Shown here piece by piece: positions 32,718 to 44,544 of a DNA stretch of 64,000 nucleotides (positions are counted from its first letter, which is position 1; every line of letters starts with the position of its first letter). This stretch comes from Eledone cirrhosa (Eukaryota). The translations under genes were made by a program, and so were the position numbers. Where the stretch lies: contig OZ024758.1 in NCBI GenBank assembly GCA_964016885.1, positions 28,148,001 to 28,212,000 on the forward strand. The letters run 5' to 3'. The notes beneath the pieces were generated by a model, which saw only the letters and a program-made list of their open reading frames with translations, made no database searches and was not told the DNA's origin.

Positions 32718-33600
32718 GAAATTACTTCTGGGAGGGCTCTGTAGAGACAGTAGACAGCTTCTGCTACCTAGGTGACCGAATTAGCAGCGGAGGTGGGTGT
32801 TCAGAAAGTACAATAACTAGGGTAAGAACGGATGGAAGAAGTTCAGGGAACTACTGCCACTGCTAGCTGCAAAAGGCTTCTCCCTCAAAATGAAAGGCAG
32901 ACTGTATGATGCATGTATCCGAACAGCAATGTTACATAGATTAGAGAGAAACGAAGCCTGCATGCTCCGATGGATGTATAATAGTAATATACGCGAACGA
33001 CAAAGCATAAATGAATTGAGAGAGAGACTGAGCATAAGAGGAATCAAATGCTGTGTGCAGGAGAGGCGGTTGCGTTGGTATGGACATGTGATGCGTATGA
33101 AGGATGACAGCTGCATAAAAAGGTGCAGAGCACTAGAAGTCGATGGAAACCGCGGAGTGGGGAGACCCAAGATGACCTGGGATGAGGTGATAAAAGCCGA
33201 CCTTACCCAATTACACCTCTCAAAGGCAATGACACACGACTGTGACCTCTGGCGTCACGCAGTAATACAGAGTACCCGACCTCCCATGGGTACAAGCTGA
33301 AGCACATAGACAATATGCCCCCACACCCTCCCACTGCAAGGTGGTCGTGGAGGTGCCACGGCAAAAAAGCACCCAGCCCGCACTGTAAAGTGGACATGTA
33401 GGCACCACGAAAAAGCACCCAGCACTCTCTGTAAATGAGGTTGGTGTTAGGAAGGGCATCCAGCTGTAGAAATCAAGCCAAATCAGTTCCTGTATGAGCA
33501 AGGCATGGTCAGCCGACCAGACACTGCCCACAACAGGACAACCCGTCTAACCCATGCTAGCGTGGAAGAACGGACGTAAAACGGTGATGATGATGATGAT
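32718..33600 (+). mobile_element. 3' portion of RTE family C with 3' UTR
   Basis: Start matches 63916-64000; ORF 32890-33300 is an RTE C-terminus; the UTR is shared with SINE 12148; (GAT)n tail runs into (TA)n. Confidence 0.92.
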
Positions 33601-34029
33601 ATATATATATATGTATATTGAAAAAAAATGGAGTTAAAGACTCGTGTTAATCCCATGTAATTTTATGATGTCCAGGTGTGTATAGTTATAAAGGTGGGTG
33701 TTTTACATTTTAATTTTACCCCTTAATTATTATGTATTTTCTTCCACTTTTCGTCGGCCTTATATCCTTCACTATAGTGGATCTCTACCCCTTGTAAATT
33801 AAAACATAACCCTTTTTGTGTTTTCTTCTCCATATACTGTATTATATATATATTACAGTTTAGTCAAGGAGGGAAGGGCAGATTGGTCTCTGCAAAATAT
33901 TAGTTTTGTGGTTTCCTATGATATTGGCAGTGTGCAAAGCTCTGAGGTCTTGGATTTTTAGCCTTAATTCTCTCATAGAGCCACATGATTGCTATATATT
34001 ATATATCAATCACTTTTGACATATATAGG

Positions 34030-34910
34030 TGCCTTATTGGAATACCAAACCACAGGAGGCATCTTCAATCAATAATGCTTCAAAGCAAGAACTAAAATAG
34101 CAAATCAAATGTTATGCAATTTGTTCTTTTCAGGCGACTGCATTATTTGCACACTCCTTACGAGACATGCAGTTCATTGTTGATAAGTTTGCTTCAGCAG
34201 CTAGAGCTTTTGAGCTTAACAATAAACATAAAGAAGTCTGAACTCATGTTTCAACCAAAGCCAGGAAATAGTCTTGAAACTCGGCTATGGATTTATGTTG
34301 AAGGCAAAACTCTGAAACCAGTCAGTAGTTTTTCATACCTTGGATCAACTGTAATTATTGATGCCAGGTTAGACATGGAAACTGAAATACGCATAGGAAA
34401 GGTAAGTTGAGCTTTTGGTAAACTTAATAGTAGACTATGGAACACTCACGAGGTGTCAATTAAAACAAAAGTTGATATCGATAAAGTTGTTGTTCTTACA
34501 ACTCTCTTTTATGGGGCAGAAGCCAGGAATCCTTATCGCAAACACAAATCAAATGAGCAGTTTCCATATGAGATGTCTAAGGCATATCTGTGGTGTAAAA
34601 TGGGATGATAGAGTGAAAAATAATGAACTGGTATTGCAATGCAATATATCTGGAATAGAAATGTTCTTCATCAAAACTTAGTGTGGCCACGTTTTGAGAA
34701 TGAATGATGAAAGAATTCCAAAGCAAGTCTTTCATCAACTTAAAGGCTTTCATAGAAAATAGGCCGACCACTACTTCACTATAAAGACAAGCTTAAGGAC
34801 AATTTGAAACATCTGAATGTGAATATTAACAGCTGGGAAAATGTTGCCAATAATAAGACTGGATGAAGAAAACAATGTTATATGAAGCTTAACTTTGAGA
34901 ATGAAATAAT
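34030..34910 (+). mobile_element. old BovB-like RTE LINE, RT end and C-terminal region (no PHD)
   Basis: Frameshifted LTINIKKSELMFQP, FSYLGS, FHMRCLRHICGVKW, GHVLRM.D.RIPKQV. Confidence 0.8.
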
Positions 34911-35069
34911 AATCAAAATTATTGTGTACAGTGTTCAGGTGCACTACAACACATCAAAGGTGCATGTATAGTAGATAGAATAATGTACAGAAGTTATGAA
35001 AGCGAACAGTGTATGAGTCATGATATACACACAGATATATGCGTGTGTGTGCATGGGGGTTGAGGGGTA

Positions 35070-37392
35070 TATCAGGTGTAGTGTTGGCGACTTTTGGGAA
35101 GCAAGGAAATTTTGAAGGATGTAGAGTCCTGATAGCTAACAACTGATGCAAGTAGTTTGTTCCATGGAGGTTTTAAAGGATGCAGTGTCTCGACAGCTAA
35201 CAACTGATGCAGGTAGTTTGTTCCATGGAGGTTTTAAAGGATGCAGTGTCCTGACAGCTAACAACTGATGCAAGTAGTTTGTTCCATGGAGGTTTTAAAG
35301 GATGCAGTGTCTCGACAGCTAACAACTGATGCAGGTAGTTTGTTCCATGGAGGTTTTAAAGGATGCAGTGTCTCGACAGCTAACAACTGATGCAGGTAGT
35401 TTGTTCCATGGAGGTTTTAAAGGATGCAGTGTCCTGACAGCTAACAACTGATGCAAGTAGTTTGTTCCATGGAGGTTTTAAAGGATGCAGTGTCTCGACA
35501 GCTAACAACTGATGCAGGTAGTTTGTTCCATGGAGGTTTTAAAGGATGCAGTGTCCTGACAGCTAACAACTGATGCAAGTAGTTTGTTCCATGGAGGTTT
35601 TAAAGGATGCAGTGTCCTGACAGCTAACAACTGATGCAGGTAGTTTGTTCCATGGAGGTTTTAAAGGATGCAGTGTACTGACAGCTAACAACTGATGCAG
35701 GTAGTTTGTTCCATGGAGGTTTTAAAGGATGCAGTGTCCTGACAGCTAACAACTGATGCAAGTAGTTTGTTCCATGGAGGTTTTAAAGGATGCAGTGTCC
35801 TGACAGCTAACAACTGATGCAAGTAGTTTGTTCCATGGAGGTTTTAAAGGATGCAGTGTCCTGACAGCTAACAACTAATGCAGGTAGTTTGTTCCATGGA
35901 GGTTTTAAAGGATGCAGTGTCCTGACAGCTAACAACTGATGCAGGTAGTTTGTTCCATGGAGGTTTTAAAGGATGCAATGTCTCGACAGCTAACAGATGC
36001 AGGTAGTTTGTTCCATGGAGGTTTTAAAGGATGCAGTGTCTTGACAGCTAACAACCGATGCAGGTAGTTTGTTCCATGGAGGTTTTAAAGGATGCAGTGT
36101 CCTGACAGCTAACAACTGATGCAGGTAGTTTGTTCCATGGAGGTTTTAAAGGATGCAGTGTCTTGACAGCTAACAACTGATGCAAGTAGTTTGTTCCATG
36201 GAGGTTTTAAAGGATGCAGTGTCCTGACAGCTAACAACTGATGCAAGTAGTTTGTTCCATGGAGGTTTTAAAGGATGCAGTGTCCTGACAGCTAACAACT
36301 GATGCAAGTAGTTTGTTCCATGGAGGTTTTAAAGGATGCAGTGTCCTGACAGCTAACAACTGATGCAAGTAGTTTGTTCCATGGAGGTTTTAAAGGATGC
36401 AGTGTCTCGACAGCTAACAACTGATGCAGGTAGTTTGTTCCATGGAGGTTTTAAAGGATGCAGTGTCCTGACAGCTAACAACTGATGCAAGTAGTTTGTT
36501 CCATGGAGGTTTTAAAGGATGCAGTGTCCTGACAGCTAACAACTGATGCAAGTAGTTTGTTCCATGGAGGTTTTAAAGGATGCAGTGTCCTGACAGCTAA
36601 CAACTGATGCAAGTAGTTTGTTCCATGGAGGTTTTAAAGGATGCAGTGTCCTGACAGCTAACAACTGATGCAAGTAGTTTGTTCCATGGAGGTTTTAAAG
36701 GATGCAGTGTCTCGACAGCTAACAACTGATGCAGGTAGTTTGTTCCATGGAGGTTTTAAAGGATGCAGTGTCCTGACAGCTAACAACTGATGCAAGTAGT
36801 TTGTTCCATGGAGGTTTTAAAGGATGCAGTGTCCTGACAGCTAACAACTGATGCAAGTAGTTTGTTCCATGGAGGTTTTAAAGGATGCAGTGTCCTGACA
36901 GCTAACAACTGATGCAAGTAGTTTGTTCCATGGAGGTTTTAAAGGATGCAGTGTCCTGACAGCTAACAACTGATGCAAGTAGTTTGTTCCATGGAGGTTT
37001 TAAAGGATGCAGTGTCTCGACAGCTAACAACTGATGCAGGTAGTTTGTTCCATGGAGGTTTTAAAGGATGCAGTGTCCTGACAGCTAACAACTGATGCAA
37101 GTAGTTTGTTCCATGGAGGTTTTAAAGGATGCAGTGTCCTGACAGCTAACAACTGATGCAAGTAGTTTGTTCCATGGAGGTTTTAAAGGATGCAGTGTCC
37201 TGACAGCTAACAACTGATGCAGGTAGTTTGTTCCATGGAGGTTTTAAAGGATGCAGTGTCCTGACAGCTAACAACTGATGCAGGTAGTTTGTTCCATGGA
37301 GGTTTTAAAGGATGCAATGTCTCGACAGCTAACAGATGCAGGTAGTTTGTTCCATGGAGGTTTTAAAGGATGCAGTGTCTTGACAGCTAACA
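35070..37392 (-). repeat. 61-bp minisatellite (about 37 copies) derived from a CR1-like LINE 3' end
   Basis: Period 61; the minus strand encodes a WNKLPASV(V)SC..ASFK motif typical of CR1/L2 ORF2 ends; single-copy LINE-end-like sequence continues at 35070-35120. Confidence 0.9.
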
Positions 37393-37492
37393 AATCTGAG
37401 CATGAAAAAATGAACATATTCGTCATCAAGATCAGTTGCACGTGAATTGAAGACACAATGATCAACATAACCCCGTTCCTATAAACTATTAA

Positions 37493-37660
37493 TGTCTCCA
37501 TTGCAACTTTTCAGCTAGGTCAACTGCTGGGTTAAAGTGTCATATCAAGACTCACATCATTCCAGAAAATTTGGAAAAGTTGACATGTAGTGTCTGTAAC
37601 CATCCGTGTAAAAATACTAGAGGCCTGAAATTACACACCCATGCTCATCAAATGGAATAA
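37493..37660 (+). pseudogene. two tandem C2H2 zinc fingers, probably the C-terminus of the BovB-like RTE at 34030
   Basis: CLHCNFSARSTAGLKCHIKTH-IIPENLEKLT-CSVCNHPCKNTRGLKLHTHAH-QME*; both fingers fit C-x2-C-x12-H-x3-H. Confidence 0.7.
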
Positions 37661-38156
37661 TTGTTTCTACTTTTGACACAAGGCCAGCAATTACCCAGTG
37701 CATTACTGGTACTTTATTTTATCGACCCCGTAAGGATGAAAGGCAAAGTTAACCTCGGCGGGATTTGAACTCAGTCCGTAAAGGGACATAACTGTGCTGC
37801 AAAGCATGGTGCCTGACCCTCTACCGATACTGCCAATCCACCACCCTAGCATGGTGTCAAACCCTCTACCGATACTGCCAATCCACCGCCAAAGCATGGT
37901 GTCAGACCCTCTACCGATACTGCCAATCCACTGCCATAGCATGGCATCAGACCCTCTACCGATACTGCCAATCCACCACCCTAGCATGGTGTCTGACCCT
38001 CTACCGATACTGCCAATCCACCGCCATAGCATGGTGTCCGACCCTCTACCGATACTGCCAATCCACCACCCTAGCATGGTGTCCGACCCTCTACCGATAC
38101 TGCCAATCCACCACCCTAGCATGGTGTCTGACCCTCTACCGATACTGCCAATCCAC
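37660..38156 (-). mobile_element. SINE family 1 with its 45-bp A-box head segment amplified about 8 times
   Basis: Unit is the reverse complement of GTGGATTGGCAGTATCGGTAGAGGGTCGGACACCATGC (compare 16724); single B box and tail at 37660-37790. Confidence 0.9.
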
Positions 38157-38268
38157 ATTGGAGGATTTTCTTTGCTGAAATCCACTAATTGGTTCTTACC
38201 TGGGAATTGCTTTTGACAGGAGACTGGTTCTTGCCTGGAGACTCCATCATCATATATATATATATATA

Positions 38269-38368
38269 CAGTGTATCCCCCAAAATACATACGCACTTTG
38301 ATTACTTGAACAGGCAATATTTATTAGAATGCTGTTGAAGTGTGTATATATTTTTTGGGGACACCCTG
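38269..38368. mobile_element. 100-bp Tc1/mariner-type MITE
   Basis: Imperfect TIRs of about 30 bp, CAGTGTATCCCCCAAAATACATACGCACTT / AAGTGTGTATATATTTTTTGGGGACACCCTG; TA flanks. Confidence 0.7.
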
Positions 38369-39019
38369 TATATAATTTTGGCCTACTGAAGTCATGATTC
38401 AGTCCCACATTTCTGTTAGACTAGGTGATAACAGTATGTTTCTATTCAGACATTTTAAATATCTTGGTAGCGTCATCCCATAGCCTTCCATCCTCCAACA
38501 AGATGAAACTGGCTTAAAACTAAACTGATTCAGTATACTAAAGCTGTTTATATATTAAAGCAGCTAGCAAGTGTGTCAGAGGTAAGGTCTTAAATCCACA
38601 ACAATTCACCAGTTCACCTTATCAATAATGAAACAGAAAGACTGGCAAGTGTTTTTCGTGGTTAATGTTTAACTCTTTTTTGACCATATATCTAATGAAA
38701 TGGAGAGAGAGGGGGGGAGAGAGAGAGAGAGAGATATGAAACCATGTAAATTTTATTCACTTACTCTACATACTCAAATATAAGCCAAAGAATATGTAAC
38801 AAAAAAAAAAAAATGATGGTAGAAGTGTTTCTTGGTTTATATCCAGGGTCAATATTTTGACAATTTTCACCAACTTCAAATTCTACACAAATAAGGTTGG
38901 GATTTTTGCCCATTTCTCAGACATAAAATAGTGGGGTCGACTTATAGTTGAGTATATATGGTAGTTGAGACAATTTCAAGAGAGGTTTTTTAATAAACAA
39001 CAAACAGTTATACTTTACA

Positions 39020-40115
39020 TTCCGCAAACCTGAAGAAAGGTATATGAAGGCTTTTAACATATGTACACACCATATATGGAGATACCATAAGCAAGGTTAG
39101 GATTAGTGGTGAATTCAGTGAAGAATTTTGTGTACAAACTTTGAGATAATATCAGAGTTCAAAAGTGGATGTCCTTGAGAATTTTTATGTACTAATAATC
39201 TAATTATCTCACAAAATGTTTCAATGAGCTGCTAAAATTATTCCAAAGAAGAAAAATGGTCTAGATTCCAAAGTCCCAAAGGGTCAACACATTAAAGTTT
39301 CAAGTACTGATTAATCACAGCAAGAACATGGCACCCACTGTCATTTTGGAAATGGCTTTGTATGATATGTAGGAAAGTAGGTAGGCACTCAGTACACAGT
39401 GCTGAATGCAAGCAATAGATACAGAAAATGTGCAGTGGGATCCTTGGCAGGTTGCCAAGTAATCAGAACTTCAGGTATGGTATGATGAATGCCTGGAGGG
39501 GGTGTAGTGAGCAATAGGGACGCTCATAAAATGAAGTTCACGAAGTGCTCAGATGCCTCCTTAGAAGTAGATCAGTTCTGATAACTAGATGGCCCATTTA
39601 ATGTTGGAGTGTGTGTCATTGATAATATAATAGTTAAAATAAAATATGGGTGGAAGAAGTTCATAGAACTGTTATCGCTGTTGGCATCACAGGATTTCTC
39701 TATCTGTAAAAGAGACAGAATCTGTGGAACATGTGTAAGGAGTGTAATGTTCTATGGAAGATCTGTGAAATAAGTTGAATAAAATCTGTTGAATGTGCAA
39801 TAGAAAATTTGTTTACATGAGAGCACTACTAAACTAAGAGAGCATTACCCAACATCAACATAAGAGATGACTGCACTGTATGAACTCATCGTGGGAATAG
39901 ACTGAGGTTTGGCAAAATATTTACCATATGTTGACTGCAAAAGGTACTCGCAGCAGAGGAAGATTAACGAAGATATGGAATGAAATAGTGAAATCAGAAC
40001 TCAAGATGTTGGGCCTAACTAATAAAAAGACTACGATAATGGGTGGTTTGCTGTACAACAGACCTATCCAACCCACAATACATGGAAATGGATTTAGAGA
40101 AAAATGCTGATCATG
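39020..40115 (+). mobile_element. highly decayed RTE LINE (family D) related to A, B and C
   Basis: Remnants SKVRISGEFSEEF, GKW, KMCSGI.G, GWKKF.ELLSLL, RGRLTKIWNE. Confidence 0.75.
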
Positions 40116-40151
40116 ATTACGATTTTAATAAAGCAACAAGTGTGTAATTAA

Positions 40152-41389
40152 CCCATCAACATTTACATTACATTACTCTATATATACTATTGTATTTTCA
40201 CAGTAAAGGCTTTACCTCACATAATATCTCACATAACATTTACATTACTCTATATATACTATTGTATTTTCACGGTAAAGGCTTTATCTCACATAACATT
40301 TACATTACTCTATATATACTATTGTATTTTCACAGTAAAGGCTTTACCTCACATAACATTTACATTACTCTATATATACTATTGTATTTTCACAGTAAAG
40401 GCTTTACCTCACATAATATCTCACATAACATTTACATTACTCTATATATACTATTGTATTTTCACAGTAAAGGCTTTACCTCACATAACATTACTCTATA
40501 TATACTATTGTATTTTCACAGTAAAGGCTTTACCTCACATAATATCTCGCATAACATTTACATTACTCTATATATACTATTGTATTTTCACGGTAAAGGC
40601 TTTATCTCACATAACATTTACATTACTCTATATATACTATTGTATTTTCACGGTAAAGGCTTTACCTCACATAATATCTCACATAACATTTACATTACTC
40701 TATATATACTATTGTATTTTCACGGTAAAGGCTTTACCTCACATAATATCTCACATAACATTTACATTACTCCATATATACTATTGTATTTTCACAGTAA
40801 AGGCTTTACCTCACATAATATCTCACATAACATTTACATTACTCTATATATACTATTGTATTTTCATGGTAAAGGCTTTACCTCACATAATATCTCACAT
40901 AACATTTACATTACTCCATATATACTATTGTATTTTCACAGTAAAGGCTTTACCTCACATAATATCTCACATAACATTTACATTACTCTATATATACTAT
41001 TGTATTTTCACGGTAAAGGCTTTACCTCACATAATAACATCAAAATCTCATAGCTTTGATATTTACTTTGAGAACAATACCTTAAAACTTTAGCATTTAA
41101 ATCGGCCAGAATTCTCTCACCTCTTTCTGTTCAAACCAGCTGTAACTGACTGCTCAAACTGATGTTAAGGTATTGTTCTCAAAATAAATAATATCAAAAT
41201 CTCATAAATTCGACATTATGTGAGATATTATATAAGATAAAGCTTTTTAATGCGAAAATACAATAGTAAATATAGAGTAATGTAAATGCTAAACAGTTAA
41301 CATCGGTATAAGCGGCCAGTTATGGCCAGTTTAAACAGAAAGAAGTGAGAGAATTCTGGCCAGATATGGCCAGTTTAAATGCTAAAAGG
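40152..41389 (+). mobile_element. piggyBac-like MITE with an internal 60/72-bp tandem array and a nested inverted copy (41086-41296)
   Basis: TTAA flanks; array at about 40160-41035; the nested copy is flanked by TTAA at 41082 and 41297. Confidence 0.85.
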
Positions 41390-41704
41390 TTAATATTAAA
41401 ATGAATGGGTGGGGGAAAAAAATGAAATATATATATAAACTGAATCTATCAAACTTTAGCCGTTCCTGGTATAGGAACCGACCAAAAAGAAACATTAACA
41501 TCAAGGTAACAAATAGATTGAATAAATGCTGTTATCTTCAAAGAGACAGAACTGAATTTCTGTTGGATGGTAGTAAAAGATAGTCAAGAAATCTTTATAT
41601 ATTGTTGATGTTATAAAACAGAAATAATAGAGTACATAGTAAACAAACCACAATGTCTTTTTGTGACTAATAGCTCATGAGTAAATTGGTACATTGGGAA
41701 AACA

Positions 41705-41800
41705 AGGATTTTTTGCCTTTCATCCTTATGGGGTCGATAAAATAAAGTACCAGTAATGCACTGGGGTAATTGCTGGCCTTATGCCAAAAGTAGAAACAAT
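41705..41800 (+). mobile_element. SINE family 1, 3' half
   Basis: TTTGCCTTTCATCCTTATGGGGTCGATAAAATAAAGTACCAG..TGGCCTTATGCC. Confidence 0.8.
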
Positions 41801-42900
41801 TTAGATGCATAATTACAAAATCTACATATCTAATTACATGGTCACACAGAAATAGGTCACACAAATTCTCTAGTATTTTACAATATCTCAAAAATTAATT
41901 CAAATCAAATGGTTATGCTATTTTTCACATGGTAGTTGTTTAACTGGATAAAAAAAAAAAAAGTTGTTTAACTGGTGAGGAAACTATTCAGTAATTACCT
42001 CACCCCACCAACATAATAGCACGGATTTAAAATTGAAACCGGTCTCTATTTTATTCAATGCATAGTTTTAAATATTCATATTAGAAAAATATTTCAGTAG
42101 TTTAATCATAGATTTGCATAGTACTGATTAATTCATAGATAGCAAACAATGTCCACATCAACGTGTTATTTAATGCAAACTAATGCATTAAATATTAGGT
42201 CAAAATTAATTTTAAATTATTTGTAGAATTTAAACTATATTGCTGCCAATTGCCTGCTTAATACAAACGGATGGTTTACATTAAAAGATGATAAAATAAA
42301 ACTTTTATGCCTGTAAAATGTTTTCCAAGGTTTAGGAAACCCCAGGGGTGATATGGCTATAAGAAGGACTGAAATCTCGAGGTGGAATCTGAACTCAAAC
42401 TACAAAAGAACCAACAACATACACTGCAAGTCATCTCTTCTAAAGCTCTCGTACAATTCTGACAATCCACCATTCTGGAATGATATTTTGTTTATTGAAT
42501 CTAAAAGGATGAAAAATAAAGTTGACCTCAGCAGAATTAGAAATCAATGATGGACTCAAATACTGCAAGATCTTCCAAAGTCTGTCAATTTAATAGGTTT
42601 TGAAAAAGTACAGCCAACTCTTCTAACACAAAAAGAGAATTTCAAGCTGAAGCACAAGTATAAAAAAAAAAAAATCAACAGGATCATCATCATCATCATT
42701 TCACGTCCATCTTCCACAATAGCATAAAGAGTGCCACAAAAATACACCCATACCACTGTATGTGTGTATGTGCGTGTAAAAGACAGAGATATGGGTGATG
42801 GGAAAGGGGAATTGAGCACTGCCAGAAACAATGCAATGCTATGTGGAAGGATAAAAGAGAAAGAGTGCAATGAAGAACAACAAACACAGATATACGTCAC

Positions 42901-43776
42901 AACCTTTATTATAGCATTACATTACTCTATATTTACTATTGTATTTTCATGGTAAAGGCTTTACCTCACATAAGATTTACATTACTCTATATATACTATT
43001 GTATTTTCATGGTAAAGGCTTTACCTCACATAACATTTACATTACTCTATATATACTATTGTATTTTCATGGTAAAGGCTTTCCCTCACATAACATTTAC
43101 ATTACTCTATATATACTATTGTATTTTCATGGTAAAGGCTTTACCTCACACAACATTTACATTACTCTATATATACTATTGTATTTTCACGGTAAAGGCT
43201 TTACCTCACATAACATTTACATTACTCTATATCTACTATTGTATTTTCATGGTAAAGGCTTTATCTCACATAACATTTACATTACTCTATATTTACTATT
43301 GTATTTTCATGGTAAAGGCTTTCCCTCACATAACATTTACATTACTCTATATATACTATTGTATTTTCATGGTAAAGGCTTTACCTCACATAACATTTAC
43401 ATTACTCTATATCTACTATTGTATTTTCATGGTAAAGGCTTTACCTCACATAACATTTACATTACTCTATATATACTATTGTATTTTCATGGTAAAGGCT
43501 TTACCTCACATAACATTTACATTACTCTATATTTACTATTGTATTTTCATGGTAAAGGCTTTATCTCACATAACCTTTACATTACTCTATATATACTATT
43601 GTATTTTCACGGTAAAGGCTTTACCTCACATAATATAGAATCTATGAGATTTTCATATTTATTTATTTTGAGAACAATACCTTAACATCAGTATAAGCAA
43701 CCAGTTATAGCCAGTTTGAACAGAAAGAGGTGAGAGAATTCTGGCTGGATACAGCTGGTTTACATGCTAAAGGGTT
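42901..43776 (+). mobile_element. piggyBac-like MITE with a 60-bp unit amplified 12 times
   Basis: Exact 60-bp period over about 42915-43635, then the MITE right arm and TIR. Confidence 0.88.
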
Positions 43777-44100
43777 CAACACAGCCATACTTGCACCTAT
43801 ATCAGTGCCTCTATATCAATATATATCATTACTTTACATCCACTTTTCATACTGGTATTGGTTAGATATAAATATTTTATGCCAATGTCCATTATCATCA
43901 TCTTCACACACTTCTATTCCTCACCCACACTGCCACCCTGTTCACACTATCTTAATTGCCCCTCCTCAATTAACCCCCCCCCCCCCCCCCAAGTCTTCCC
44001 TTATTTGTACTGTCTCTTCAATTGAATTTTAATTCTTGTCTGATGAATCTCCACAGTAACAAGATTAACTATTTAGCCTTAATAACATATATACATACAA

Positions 44101-44441
44101 GCGAAACCTACAGTCAGTAGGCACCTCTTAATCAAATATACACCCCCATCCCACTACCTCAACTCCACCCCCATCAACACCACCCCTTTCTCTGTAGAGT
44201 TATGTTGGTACCACAACATCCAGTCCTAAATAAATGAGGTTGTGTAGGTGTCACCACAAAAATACACAGTCCACGCTGTAATGAGGCCGTGTAGGTAACA
44301 CGGTAAAAACCTCCCAGTCCACACTGTAAACGTGGTTGGTGTTAGGAAGGGCACCCAGCCGTAGAAAACCTGCCAGACAGTCCTATACGAGCGAGACGAC
44401 CAATCTTGCCTCAAGTGGGACAATTCCCGTCTAAACCCATG
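44101..44441 (+). mobile_element. RTE-B-like 3' UTR element, terminus replaced by (TG)n
   Basis: Homologous to 11690-12030. Confidence 0.85.
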
Positions 44442-44544
44442 TGTGTGTGTGTGTGTGTGCGTGTGCGTGTGTGTGTAATTCTTATTATTAGTAGTAGTTT
44501 GTTGGTGAATGAGAAAATAATTAGCAAATTAATTAATGGAGAGA

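Noticed and set aside
35110-37392. CRISPR array or hammerhead retrozyme (contains CTGATG)
   Set aside because: No spacers; the core reads CTGATGC and lacks a GAAA partner; the unit is explained by a CR1-like 3' end.
40190-43685. Membrane-protein-like repetitive ORFs
   Set aside because: Translations of MITE-derived 60/72-bp arrays.
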